In this document: positions 9,944 to 20,516 of the stretch, piece by piece
Position numbering within the stretch: the first letter of the stretch is position 1
How the letters are laid out: every line of letters begins with the position of its first letter
Assembly: GCA_011170375.1 (NCBI GenBank)
Contig: DUEV01000014.1
Coordinates: 25,712-89,711, forward strand
Length of the DNA: 64,000 nucleotides
DNA from: Dehalococcoidia bacterium
GTDB lineage: Bacteria > Chloroflexota > Dehalococcoidia > Dehalococcoidales > Fen-1064
Direction: 5' to 3'
Notes under the pieces: model-generated
Told to the model about the DNA's origin: nothing
The model's input: only the letters and a program-made list of their open reading frames with translations
Databases searched by the model: none
Position numbers and translations under genes: made by a program

Positions 9944-10946
9944 TTCCTCGCTGGTCGCCTTGATTATTATCATTATCCTGGCGATTGGATTCGGGCTGGT
10001 CAACGGTTTTAATGATGCCGCTAATGCCATGGCGGCATCTGTCGGAAGTCGAGCAATCTCACCTAGAAACGCCATCATCCTCGCCTCCGTCATGAACATG
10101 TTCGGCGCATTGAGCGGGGTGGCAGTTGCCAAGACCATCGGCAAAGGAATTCTCACCGAAGACGTAATCCTGCAGTTCGAATATATACCAGTAATTGCCG
10201 CTCTGGGCGCAGTTATTGTCTGGGGCTCATTGGCGACATGGATGGGGCTACCCGTAAGCATATCTCACAGCTTTGTTACCGGTCTGGCCGCAGCCGGCAT
10301 TGCCCTGGTCGGCACCGACGCAGTGGTATGGAGCAAAATGGCGAAGGTTGGTGCCTCGGTAGGCATCGCTCCTGTCCTAGGCTTCATCGGCGGCTTTGCC
10401 CTGATGGTAATCATACTGTGGTTGTTCCGCCGTAGTTCACCTGCCGGGATGAGGACGATATTCAGTCGCGCACAGTGGCTTACCACTGCCTTCTTAGCCT
10501 ACAGCCACGGCAAGAATGATGGCCAGATGCCAATAGGCGTAATAACCCTGGCACTGGTCATACACACCAGTAACACCGGTCTCTGGGACAATATCCCACT
10601 CTGGATAATCATCGTATCAGCACTGGCCATCAGTAGCGGGACACTCATAGGTGGGTGGAGAGTGATTAAAACGCTGGGGATGAAAGTTACTGCCCTGAGG
10701 CCAGTGCATGGATTCGTTGCCGACTTTTCCGCAGGAGTGGTCATCGAGGTCGCCTCACAACTAGGTATCCCCGTCAGCACAACTCATTGTGCCGCATCGG
10801 CTGTCATGGGTATCGGGGCTACAAGACGGCTTTCTGCGGTTCGCTGGGGAGTGGCAGGCAATATTGTTACAGCCTGGATACTAACCTTCCCCATCTGCGG
10901 GGCACTGGGCTACGTGTTTACCAAGCTGCTCCAGTTATTATACTAG
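9936..10946 (+). CDS. Pit-family inorganic phosphate transporter (copy 1)
   Basis: NGFNDAAN, HGKNDGQ, PVSTTH, AVRW motifs. Confidence 0.92.
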   Translation: MPDSSLVALIIIIILAIGFGLVNGFNDAANAMAASVGSRAISPRNAIILASVMNMFGALSGVAVAKTIGKGILTEDVILQFEYIPVIAALGAVIVWGSLATWMGLPVSISHSFVTGLAAAGIALVGTDAVVWSKMAKVGASVGIAPVLGFIGGFALMVIILWLFRRSSPAGMRTIFSRAQWLTTAFLAYSHGKNDGQMPIGVITLALVIHTSNTGLWDNIPLWIIIVSALAISSGTLIGGWRVIKTLGMKVTALRPVHGFVADFSAGVVIEVASQLGIPVSTTHCAASAVMGIGATRRLSAVRWGVAGNIVTAWILTFPICGALGYVFTKLLQLLY

Positions 10947-11060
10947 GGTTAGGTCTATTTGCAGCGGAGTTGTCCGGCACCGCCCGGCAGTAATGATAGA
11001 CTTGACTGAAGTGAGGATGTAGTTAACATCCGGGAAAGAGTAGTATCTAATCATGCCTGA
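10944..11060. pseudogene. Duplication scar: degenerate gmk 3' end (minus strand) fused to degenerate DUF47 3' end (plus strand)
   Basis: Minus strand SIITAGRCRTTPLQIDLT vs gmk [18 protein letters not shown]; plus strand EDVVNIRERVVSNHA* vs DUF47 EDVANVLEGVALKNA*. Confidence 0.85.
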
Positions 11061-12063
11061 TTCCTCGTTAGCCGCATTAATCTTAATCGTTGCTCTAGCG
11101 ATTGGATTTGGGCTAGTCAACGGTTTCAATGACGCCGCCAATGCCATTGCTACCGTCGTTGGTACCCGCGTTCTTTCCCCCCGAAATGCTATTCTATTAG
11201 CTGCCATTGCCAATCTTGCAGGTGCACTCACCGGTCTCGAGGTGGCCAAGACCATTGGCAAGGGAATCCTTATCCCGGACGCAATCTCAAATATCACTGT
11301 AATTGCTGCCCTAGCATCTGTTATTGTCTGGGGCTCCATAGCTACTTACCTCGGTTTACCTATAAGTATCACACACGGATTTGTCGCCGGGCTTGCCGCA
11401 GCTGGTATTGCCTTGGTTGGTACTCAATCTGTGGTCTGGAGCAAGATAGCACAGGTCGGTTCATCTGTCGCTATCGCTCCGGTCTTGGGATTTATCGGTG
11501 GTTTTGCCCTGATGGTCACCCTTCTGTGGTTATTTCGGCGGGTTGCACCCGATAAAATACAATTAGTATTTGGTCGTCTTCAATGCCTCACGGCTGCCTT
11601 TATGGCTTACAGCCATGGCAAGAATGATGGTCAGATGCCCATCGGTGTCATCACCATGGGCATGGTAATCTACAGTGGAAACACGGACCTATGGAACAAT
11701 GTGCCCTTCTGGATAATCATCGTTTCCGCACTGTCCATTAGTACCGGGACTGCTGTTGGCGGCTGGCGTGTTATTAAAACACTAGGAACAAGGGTAACTC
11801 TGCTTCGCCCGATCCATGGTTTTGCTGCCGAAGCGTCAGCAGCTACAGTTATAGAATTAGCATCCCATTATGGTATCCCGGTAAGTACAACCCATTGCAT
11901 CAGCTCATCCATCATGGGTGTTGGTGCAACCAGGAGGTTATCGGCGGTGCGCTGGGGGGTAGCAGGCAATATTGTTACAGCCTGGGTACTGACCTTTCCT
12001 ATCTGCGGGTTGCTGGGCTATCTCTTCGCCAAATTACTCTTTTTGATATTTGGCTCAGGTTAG
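11053..12063 (+). CDS. Pit-family inorganic phosphate transporter (copy 2)
   Basis: Same length (336 aa) and colinear with copy 1; GFNDAANAIAT, HGKND, PVSTTH. Confidence 0.92.
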   Translation: MPDSSLAALILIVALAIGFGLVNGFNDAANAIATVVGTRVLSPRNAILLAAIANLAGALTGLEVAKTIGKGILIPDAISNITVIAALASVIVWGSIATYLGLPISITHGFVAGLAAAGIALVGTQSVVWSKIAQVGSSVAIAPVLGFIGGFALMVTLLWLFRRVAPDKIQLVFGRLQCLTAAFMAYSHGKNDGQMPIGVITMGMVIYSGNTDLWNNVPFWIIIVSALSISTGTAVGGWRVIKTLGTRVTLLRPIHGFAAEASAATVIELASHYGIPVSTTHCISSSIMGVGATRRLSAVRWGVAGNIVTAWVLTFPICGLLGYLFAKLLFLIFGSG

Positions 12064-12702
12064 GGCAATCCGTCGTGGCGTCACCCGGTGCTTCTCCGCA
12101 GTAATGATAGCCTGGATTGTGGATACCACCCGGTCAATTTCTCCACTCAGATTCACCACGACGTAATCAAAACGGGATAATTGTTTCATTTCTTCTTCGG
12201 CTGTCTTCAGACGCAGGGCCAGGTCAGCGGGTGATTCTGTCAGGCGCTGGGTCAGCCGGGCGTTGAGCTCCTCTATTGACGGTGGAACAAGGAAGATAAA
12301 CACAGCCTCGGGTACAGTTTTTTTAATTGTTGCCGCACCCTGAACATCTATCTTTATAACCACATCCTCGCCTCTGTCCAGGGCTTCTTTAACCGCCGCC
12401 CGGGGTACACCATACCAGTTGCCGTAAACATTGGCCGATTCCAAGAAACCATTTTTGGCCAGCATGCTGCGGTACTCCTCGGTCGAGACAAAATGATAGT
12501 CCATCATATCTTTCTCGTTGTCCCGCCGGGGACGCGTTGTCAGGGTAGTAATGTAGCAGAGAGGGTACCCAGATTCTTTGAGCCTGGTCAGGACTGCGTC
12601 CTTGCCGACACCCGAAGGACCGGAGAGCACTATCAGCAACGGCCCCGGAGACCGGTTTGGTCCGTGGGGAGATTCGCTCCTGTCAGGCTCGGCATTCATC
12701 AC
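12055..12702 (-). CDS. gmk: Guanylate kinase
   Basis: [33 protein letters not shown]. Confidence 0.96.
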   Translation of the reverse strand: MMNAEPDRSESPHGPNRSPGPLLIVLSGPSGVGKDAVLTRLKESGYPLCYITTLTTRPRRDNEKDMMDYHFVSTEEYRSMLAKNGFLESANVYGNWYGVPRAAVKEALDRGEDVVIKIDVQGAATIKKTVPEAVFIFLVPPSIEELNARLTQRLTESPADLALRLKTAEEEMKQLSRFDYVVVNLSGEIDRVVSTIQAIITAEKHRVTPRRIALT

Positions 12703-12992
12703 TCCGACCTATCCTCTACCCTCATCCCCTCGACATGATCGTCTTTCAGTTGAATTGCCTGCAACCTGCCGGCGATGGTCTCCGGTGCAAGCGCAGCCTG
12801 TACAATGTGGCCACTGTCCGTAATGAGCACCGCTTTGGTCTTTCTGCCGTTTGTCAAATCGATCAGCATCCCCTTGTTCCGCCCCTCCTGAACCATCCGT
12901 TTCGTTGGCGCCGAGTTCGGCGAAGCTATGGCAACAACCCTGTTCATCACGACAATGTTGTTGAAGCCAATATGAACCAATTCGATGCCCAT
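12699..12992 (-). CDS. remA: DUF370 / RemA-family regulator
   Basis: [30 protein letters not shown]; usual position upstream of gmk; ATG 12992 after AAGGAG. Confidence 0.85.
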   Translation of the reverse strand: MGIELVHIGFNNIVVMNRVVAIASPNSAPTKRMVQEGRNKGMLIDLTNGRKTKAVLITDSGHIVQAALAPETIAGRLQAIQLKDDHVEGMRVEDRSE

Positions 12993-13169
12993 TACACTCT
13001 CCTTTGAAGTTCTGATGTCCGGTAGATGGCAGTAGTTGCAATAGTACCGGAGCACACAATGCTATATGTTATACCTTTAACTGCCTTCTGGCAAGTCCCC
13101 AAGACCTTGAACCACGCACTTTTTCATGATAAACTATTTCTGGTTTGAGTATTCTTTGAGGGCGTTTTT

Positions 13170-13628
13170 TTGGAACAAAGCATGCGGGAGCGGCTGTCAC
13201 CGATTCTGGAGGGCCATCGGGGACACAGAGAATCCCTGATTCCAGTTCTACAGAAGGTACAAGGGGAATTGGGCTATCTACCTGAAGAAGCAGTTTCGGA
13301 GATAGCCCATTTTTTGGGTCTGGCCAGCAGCGACATTTTCGGAGTTGCCAGTTTTTACTCCCAGTTCCGCTTCGAGCGACAGGGTGAGCATACCGTAAAG
13401 GTGTGCCAGGGAACTGCCTGCCATGTGAGAGGGGCGAAACGTATCATGGAAGCAGTTGCCCAGGAACTTGGTGTGCGACCCGGCGGGACTACAGAGGACT
13501 ACAAGTTTAGCCTGGAGCGGGTAGCCTGCTTTGGCTCCTGCGCGCTGGCCCCGGTCATGGTGGTCGATGACCAGGTATACGGTCGAATGACCATACCCAA
13601 GGCAAAACAGGTTCTGACAGAGTACTAG
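13170..13628 (+). CDS. NuoE/HydC-like [2Fe-2S] subunit
   Basis: ASFYSQF, VCQGTACHVRG, ACFGSCALAP. Confidence 0.92.
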   Translation: MEQSMRERLSPILEGHRGHRESLIPVLQKVQGELGYLPEEAVSEIAHFLGLASSDIFGVASFYSQFRFERQGEHTVKVCQGTACHVRGAKRIMEAVAQELGVRPGGTTEDYKFSLERVACFGSCALAPVMVVDDQVYGRMTIPKAKQVLTEY

Positions 13629-13653
13629 ACGGCCGACCTGACCAAAACTAATT

Positions 13654-16600
13654 TTGCTGACGGAGAAACATAAGACCATGACGTTCGATGAACTGCGCAA
13701 GCAAGCAATCGCAGCATGGGAAGCGCTGCAGAAGAGTGATAAGCCTCGTATCCTTGTCGGGATGGCCACCTGCGGTCGGGCTGCCGGAGCTGGAGCTCTG
13801 GTAACCCTAATCAAGGAGGAACTTTCACGGCGTGGCATCGAGGCAACAGTAACTGAGGTCGGCTGCATCGGAATGTGCTATGCCGAGCCCCTGGTCGATA
13901 TCATCAAACCGGGACGTCCCCGTATCTGCTACGGCAATGTTACCCCTGAAATCTTAGTAGAGCTTATCGAAGACTATCTTGTTAACGATAATCCCCGCCC
14001 GGACCTGGCGATAGGCACCATCGGTGAAGACACCATCGAAGGCATTCCCAAACTCGCCGACCTGCCAATCATGAAACCACAGGTGCGGATATCGCTACGT
14101 AACTGTGGTCATATTGACCCCGATGATATCCGTCAGTATATCGCCAACAGTGGCTATAACGGCATTATCCGAGCGCTGGACATGACCCCGAAAGAGGTTA
14201 TCGACGAGGTCAGCAAGTCCGGCCTGAGGGGACGTGGTGGTGCTGGCGCTTCGACTGGTTTCAAATGGGAACGCCTCTGGGAGGCCCCAGGCAACGAGAA
14301 ATACCTCATCTGCAACGCCGACGAAGGCGACCCCGGGGCCTTCATGGACCGCTCATTGCTTGAGGGTGATCCGCATTCGGTGCTGGAGGGTATGCTCATC
14401 GGCGCCTATGCTACGGGGGCCTCTCATGGCTACATCTACTGCCGGGCAGAGTATCCGCTGGCGATACAACGCCTGAAAACAGCCATCAAGCAGATGAGAG
14501 AATACAACCTGCTTGGTGACAACATCCTCGGCACTGACTTTAGTTTTGACCTGACAATCAAGGAAGGTGCCGGTGCCTTTGTCTGCGGTGAAGAGACCGC
14601 CCTGATGATGTCTATCGAGGGCAGGCGGGGAATGCCACGACCGCGGCCACCCTTCCCAGCTCAGTCAGGTCTATGGGGTAAACCGAGCAACGTTAATAAC
14701 GTCGAGACCTGGGCTAATGTCTCTGGTATCTTCCAGCGTGACGCCGAATGGTATGCCCAGTACGGTACGGAGTCAAGCAAGGGCACCAAGACATTCGCTC
14801 TGGCAGGGAAGATAGTAAATACCGGCCTGATAGAGGTGCCGCTGGGTATCACTATCGGCGAAATCATCTATGAAATTGGCGGCGGTATCGTCGACAACAA
14901 GAAGTTCAAAGCAGTGCTCACCGGTGGCCCATCCGGTGGCTGCCTGCCTGCCAGCCAATTAGACCTGCCGGTTGACTACGAGTCCCTGAACCAGGCCGGT
15001 ACAATCATGGGCTCTGGCGGCTTTGTCGTTGCTGACGAGGACACCTGCATGGTAGACATGGCCAAGTTCTTCCTGGCTTTCACGCAGGACGAGTCCTGTG
15101 GAAAATGTACGCCCTGCCGTGTCGGCACCCGCCACATGCTTGATATTCTGGAACGCATCAGTCAGGGCAAAGGGGAACCGGATGACATCGACACACTGGA
15201 GAGGCTGTCCCAGCTAATCAAGTCTACCTCCCTATGTCAGCTTGGTGGGACTGCCCCGAATCCAGTCCTGACCACTCTCCGCTATTTCCGTGAAGAATAC
15301 GAGGAACACATCGAGAAAAAGCGCTGTGAGGCTGGGGTCTGCCAGATGATGGTCAGAGCGCCATGTCAGAATGCCTGTCCGGCGGGGGTAGACGTCCCGC
15401 GTTATATCCGAGCCATCATGCAGGGTAAACCCGGGGTAGCCACCGCCGTAGTTCGAGAGAGAGTACCCTTCCCGGCCGTACTCGGCTATGTCTGCGTGCA
15501 TTTCTGCGAGGCCAAGTGCCGTCGTGGTGAGCTTGATGAGGCTATCGCTATCAGACTGCTGAAACGTTATGCCGCCGAGCGAGACGATGGCGACTGGAAG
15601 CAGAGAATTAAAAAGGCGCCCCCCACCGGGAAGAAGGTGGCGATAGCTGGTTCGGGACCGGCGGGGCTTACAGCCGCTTACTACCTGGCCAAACAGGGGC
15701 ACACCGTAACTGTCTTCGAGGCGGAGCCAGAGCCCGGAGGACTGCTGCGATACGGTATCCCTGAATATCGCCTGCCCAATAGGATAGTGGCCAAAGAGAT
15801 AGGTGATATCGTAGACGTCGGGGTGGAGATAAGAACAAACAACCCTCTAAAGGACCTAGCACCCACCTTCGAGCAGGGATACGACGCCATCTTACTGGCA
15901 ACCGGAGCGCTGTCTAGCCGGAAGATGGGTATCCCCGGCGAGGATGCCCAGGGTGTAATGCACGCCCTGGACTTCCTAAAACGGGTGAATTCAGGGGAGA
16001 AAGTGGAGCTGGGAAAAAAGGTAGCAGTTATCGGCGGTGGTAACGCTGCTGTCGATGCTGCCCGGACAGCCTTGCGCCTTGGGACTGAGCAGGTCAGCAT
16101 CATCTATCGTCGCTCGCGGGAGGAGCTGCCCGCCTTGAGCGAGGAAATTGAGGAAGCCGAACACGAAGGAATCAAGCTCGATGTCCTGGCAGCACCAACC
16201 AAGGTACTCTCCGACAACGGGCGTCTGACCGGCCTGCAATGCATTCGTATGGAGCTGGGTTCGCCTGATGCCGGTGGTCGCCGACGCCCCGTACCTCAGG
16301 AAGGCTCCGAATTCGATGTAGCAGTTGATAACGTTATCATCGCCGTTGGTCAGGAGGTACCCAAGTCCACGTTACCACAGGAACTTGAGTTTACTGGCTT
16401 TGATACGCTTCAGGTAGACCCGGAGACGCTACAGACCAATATCGATGGCGTTTTCGCCGGGGGTGATGTCGTCTCCGGCCCTGCTGACGTTATTGCTTCC
16501 ATCACCGCCGGTAGACTAGCCGCCTCTTCGATTGACCAGTACCTCGGCGGTGATGGCGACATCGACGAAGTGCTGGCCCCACCCGAAGGAGAGGCGGAGC

Positions 16601-16770
16601 CATTCAACGTCGAAGAGGCCGAAGGTGAAAAATATCGTATCGCTATGAAGCTGCTACCTCTTGAGAAGAGGGGTAATTGCTTTGACCTGGTGGAACTCGG
16701 TTATGAAATTGGAGAGGCAGTCGAGGAAGCAGGCCGCTGCTTGAGGTGTGACCTGGAAGAAACAGATTGA
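13654..16770 (+). CDS. NuoF/HydB-like FMN-NADH subunit fused to a GltD/NfnB-like FAD-NADPH domain
   Basis: N-terminal thioredoxin-like [2Fe-2S] (GCIGMC); GRGGAG, NADEGDPG, CGEETAL, ESCGKCTPCR; then APCQNACP, GSGPAG, GGGNAAVD, YRR, RCLRC. Confidence 0.9.
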   Translation: MLTEKHKTMTFDELRKQAIAAWEALQKSDKPRILVGMATCGRAAGAGALVTLIKEELSRRGIEATVTEVGCIGMCYAEPLVDIIKPGRPRICYGNVTPEILVELIEDYLVNDNPRPDLAIGTIGEDTIEGIPKLADLPIMKPQVRISLRNCGHIDPDDIRQYIANSGYNGIIRALDMTPKEVIDEVSKSGLRGRGGAGASTGFKWERLWEAPGNEKYLICNADEGDPGAFMDRSLLEGDPHSVLEGMLIGAYATGASHGYIYCRAEYPLAIQRLKTAIKQMREYNLLGDNILGTDFSFDLTIKEGAGAFVCGEETALMMSIEGRRGMPRPRPPFPAQSGLWGKPSNVNNVETWANVSGIFQRDAEWYAQYGTESSKGTKTFALAGKIVNTGLIEVPLGITIGEIIYEIGGGIVDNKKFKAVLTGGPSGGCLPASQLDLPVDYESLNQAGTIMGSGGFVVADEDTCMVDMAKFFLAFTQDESCGKCTPCRVGTRHMLDILERISQGKGEPDDIDTLERLSQLIKSTSLCQLGGTAPNPVLTTLRYFREEYEEHIEKKRCEAGVCQMMVRAPCQNACPAGVDVPRYIRAIMQGKPGVATAVVRERVPFPAVLGYVCVHFCEAKCRRGELDEAIAIRLLKRYAAERDDGDWKQRIKKAPPTGKKVAIAGSGPAGLTAAYYLAKQGHTVTVFEAEPEPGGLLRYGIPEYRLPNRIVAKEIGDIVDVGVEIRTNNPLKDLAPTFEQGYDAILLATGALSSRKMGIPGEDAQGVMHALDFLKRVNSGEKVELGKKVAVIGGGNAAVDAARTALRLGTEQVSIIYRRSREELPALSEEIEEAEHEGIKLDVLAAPTKVLSDNGRLTGLQCIRMELGSPDAGGRRRPVPQEGSEFDVAVDNVIIAVGQEVPKSTLPQELEFTGFDTLQVDPETLQTNIDGVFAGGDVVSGPADVIASITAGRLAASSIDQYLGGDGDIDEVLAPPEGEAEPFNVEEAEGEKYRIAMKLLPLEKRGNCFDLVELGYEIGEAVEEAGRCLRCDLEETD

Positions 16771-16811
16771 GTGACGACCGGCAATCCCAGCCGGATATAT
16801 AACAGCAAAGG

Positions 16812-19580
16812 ATGTCAGCGACAATGGGTGAAATCACACTAACTATTGAAGGACAGGAAATCACGGTAGATGAAGGTATGACCGTGCTAGATGCCGCCGA
16901 ACGTGCGGGCATCTACATACCGACATTATGCTACCATCCGGACCTGGCCCCATATGGTGCCTGCCGACTGTGCATCGTCGAGATAGAGAAAATGCGTGGC
17001 CTGCCAACTGCCTGCACAACACCAGCCACCGATGGCATGGTGGTGCAGACCAAGACCCCACAGCTTCAGGAGTTCCGGCGGGGCATTCTGGAGCTTATGC
17101 TCAGTGAACACCCCCACCCCTGCCTCACCTGCTGGCGCCGGGAGAGGTGCGGCCCATACGACATCTGCCTGCGAAACGTCGACGTGACACAACGCTGTGT
17201 TACCTGCCCTAACAACGGGATATGTGAACTGCAGGACGTGGTCGACTACATCGGAATTGACCACGTAGATTTACCCTACACCTCCCGGGAGCTGCCCATT
17301 GACCGCGAGAACCCGTTCTTTGAGCGGGACTATAATCTCTGTATCCTCTGCGGCCGTTGTGTCAGAGTATGCCAGGAGGTCAGGGGGGTCGGTGCGATTG
17401 CCTTCACTTCCCGGGGCAGCGAGTCCCTACCCGGAACCGCTTTCGGACATCCCCTTCGGGATTCCGACTGCAAGTACTGCGGTGCCTGTGTCGATGTCTG
17501 CCCCACAGGGGCGCTGATTGAGCGCCACCGCAAGTACAAGGGCATACCTGACAGTAAGGTAGCTACCACGTGCCACTACTGTGGTGTCGGTTGCCAGCTT
17601 GAGCTGGAACTCAAGGATGGCCGCATAATGGAAGTTATCCCGTTACGAGATAACGACGTAAACCGGGGACAGGCCTGCGTTAAAGGGCGCTTCAGTATCG
17701 CTGAGGTTGTCCATCACCCTGACCGGCTGACCACCCCGCTGATAAAGAAGAACGGGAGCTTTGAAGAAGCCACCTGGGACGAAGCCCTAGAATTGGTTGC
17801 CAGCAAGCTCTCCAGCTTCAATAAGGATGAAATAGTCGTTATCTCCTCGGCCAAGTGTACCAACGAAGATAATTACGTGATGCAGAAATTCGCTCGCGCA
17901 GGTCTCGGTCACAACAACGTGGATCACTGTGCCCGCCTCTGACATGCCCCCACCGTGGCCGGTCTGGTCACGACACTCGGCAGTGGCGCCATGACCAACT
18001 CCATCCGCGACATCAGCAATGCCGCCTGCATCCTGGCAATCGGCACCAATACCACCGAAGCTCATCCCGTCATTGCCCTGGAGATGAAGAAAGCAGTCAA
18101 TAAGGGAGGCAAGCTGATTGTTGCCAATACAAGAGAGATTGACCTTGTCAGAGACGCCACCATCTGGCTGCGACACCGTCCCGGTACAGATGTAACCCTA
18201 CTCATGGGGATGGCCAGGGTTATCGTAGATGAAGGGCTGGCTGACACCACTTTCGTCGACGAGCGCTGTGAGAATTTCGAGGAGTTCAAGGAATCACTCA
18301 AGGCTTTCGACCTGGCTACTGTCGAGGGTATCACCGGGGTGCCCGCCGAGAAGATAGTCGAGGCTGCCCGCACCTATGCCACCAACAGTCCGGCGGCCAT
18401 CTTCTACGCGATGGGTATTACCCAGCATACCCACGGCACCGACAATGTTATAGCCACCGCTAACCTAGCAATGCTCACCGGAAACATGGGTAAACCATCT
18501 GCCGGAGTCAATCCGCTCCGCGGCCAGAACAATGTCCAGGGCGCCTGTGACCTCGGTGCCCTGCCCAATGTCTATCCCGGTTACCAGGCGGTTGCTGATT
18601 CCGCAATTAAGGACAAGTTCGAGAGAGCCTGGGATGCCTTTTTAAGCGACAAACCAGGTCTGACCGTTACCGAGATGTTTGATGGAGCTTACGAGGGCTC
18701 AATAAAAGCAATGTATATCATGGGCGAAAACCCGCCACTGAGCGAACCCAACGCAAACCACGCCATAGAAGCCCTGAAGAGGCTGGACTTCCTCGTCGTC
18801 CAGGATATATTTATGTCAGAAACGGCCGAACTGGCTGATGTCGTGCTACCAGCGGCCAGCTTTGCCGAGAAAGACGGCACATACACCAATACTGAACGCC
18901 GGGTGCAGCGAGTCCGCAAGGCACTCGAACCAGTTGGCGAGACCAGGCCAGACTGGTTAATCACCTGCCAGATAGCCCAGAAGATGGGAATAAAGGGCTT
19001 TGAATTCGAGAGCCCCTCAGAAATAATGGAGGAGATTGCCAGCCTGACGCCGACCTATGGCGGCATTACCTACGACCGTCTCGAACAGGGGGGACTGCAA
19101 TGGCCATGTCCTACTGAAGAGCACCCCGGTACTCCTATCCTTCACGTCGGTATTTTCTCTCGGGGTAAGGGACATTTCGTGCCACTGGAATACAAGCCCT
19201 CTGCGGAGCTGCCCGACGAGGAATACCCGCTGCTGCTCACCACTGGCCGTAACCTGTTCCACTGGCACACAGGTACGATGACACGCCGTGTTGGTGGCCT
19301 TGACGACCTGCTCGGAGAGGGATGGGTAGACATCAGCCCATCGGATGCCGAGAAGCTCGGTATCGCCCATGGAGACCGGGTGAGAATCACTTCGCGCCGT
19401 GGTAGTGTACATGCCCGCGCCAACGTTACCGAGGTATCGGACGAAGGCATCGTCTACATGAACATGCACTTCGCAGAAAGCGCCGTTAATGTGCTCACCA
19501 ATCCGGCACTGGACCCGGTCGCCAAGATACCGGAGTTCAAGGTCAGCGCCGTGAAAATCGCCAAGAGCGATGATGATTAG
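16812..19580 (+). CDS. fdhA: Formate dehydrogenase alpha subunit, selenocysteine-containing (the two ORFs 16812-17942 and 17955-19580 are one gene)
   Basis: In-frame TGA 17940-17942 in DHCARL-U-HAPTVAGL; N-terminal NuoG-like Fe-S domains, CHYCGVGC, RGQNNVQG, C-terminal molybdopterin dinucleotide domain. Confidence 0.95.
17954..17972 (+). promoter_or_regulatory. Bacterial SECIS hairpin
   Basis: CGTGGCC-GGTCT-GGTCACG stem-loop starting 11 nt after the UGA, resembling the fdhF SECIS geometry. Confidence 0.85.
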
Positions 19581-19642
19581 ACCCAACCCCTGAATAAGCA
19601 TCTGGCACGATAGCAAATGAAAAGTTTAAGTGAGGCCAAAAA

Positions 19643-20476
19643 CTGTTTAAAATTGCTCTCAAACAAAATCTGGTACCCAATGTAAATCTCTACAAGATTG
19701 AGGCGCCCAGCGTCGCTAAAAAAGCCCAGGCCGGCCAGTTTGTTGTCATCAGGATTGACGAAAAGGGAGAGCGCATCCCCCTGACCGTTGCCGATTGGGA
19801 CCGCGAAGAGGGTACTGTTACCATCGTCGTCATGTCAGTCGGCACCACTACCCACCGAATGGCGCAACTGGAGACCGGCGACTTTATCTCTGATTTCATC
19901 GGGCCACTCGGTCTGCCAACACACATCGAGAAGTTTGGTACGGTCGTCTGTGTTGCTGGCGGTTTTGCCGTAGCTACCATCATGCCGATTGCCCGCTCCA
20001 TGCAAGAGAAGGGTAACCGTGTTATCTCAATTATGGGTGCCCGAAATAAAGACCTCATCTTCTGGGAGGACGAGCTACGTAACGTAAGCGACGAGTTGAT
20101 AGTCACCACCGATGACGGCTCTTACGGCCGTAAGGGGCTGGTTACCGAGCCGCTAAAGGAACTACTCGATGGTGACCAGAAGATTGACCGTGTTATTGCC
20201 ATCGGGCCCAGCATAATGATGATGGCCTGCTCCCGTACCACCGAGCCCTATGGAATCAAGACCATTGTCAGCCTCAACCCCATTATGGTCGACGGCACCG
20301 GTATGTGCGGTTGCTGTCGGGTAAACGTGGGAGGCGAGACCAAATTCGCCTGTGTTGATGGTCCTGATTTTGACGGGCACCAGGTAGATTGGGAACTTCT
20401 CTTTACCCGCCAGCGTAGCTACCTGGAACAAGAGAAAACGTCGTTTGAAGACTGGAAGCGTCAGCACGGGTTCTAG
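19643..20476 (+). CDS. nfnA: NfnA/SudB small subunit (FAD, [2Fe-2S]); probable CTG start
   Basis: Frame open from CTG 19643 (LFKIALK...AQAGQFVVIRIDEKGERIPLT); GPLG, MVDGTGMCGCCRV, FACVDGPDF. Confidence 0.88.
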   Translation: MFKIALKQNLVPNVNLYKIEAPSVAKKAQAGQFVVIRIDEKGERIPLTVADWDREEGTVTIVVMSVGTTTHRMAQLETGDFISDFIGPLGLPTHIEKFGTVVCVAGGFAVATIMPIARSMQEKGNRVISIMGARNKDLIFWEDELRNVSDELIVTTDDGSYGRKGLVTEPLKELLDGDQKIDRVIAIGPSIMMMACSRTTEPYGIKTIVSLNPIMVDGTGMCGCCRVNVGGETKFACVDGPDFDGHQVDWELLFTRQRSYLEQEKTSFEDWKRQHGF

Positions 20477-20516
20477 CTGATATATACCAACAATACCAAT
20501 CAGGAAGTGAATACCT

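Noticed and set aside
10938-11339. 133-aa minus-strand ORF
   Set aside because: Antisense shadow of pit2; only its tail is meaningful, as the gmk remnant
17955-19580. Separate 541-aa ORF or fdh pseudogene
   Set aside because: It is the in-frame continuation after a Sec UGA with a SECIS; one gene
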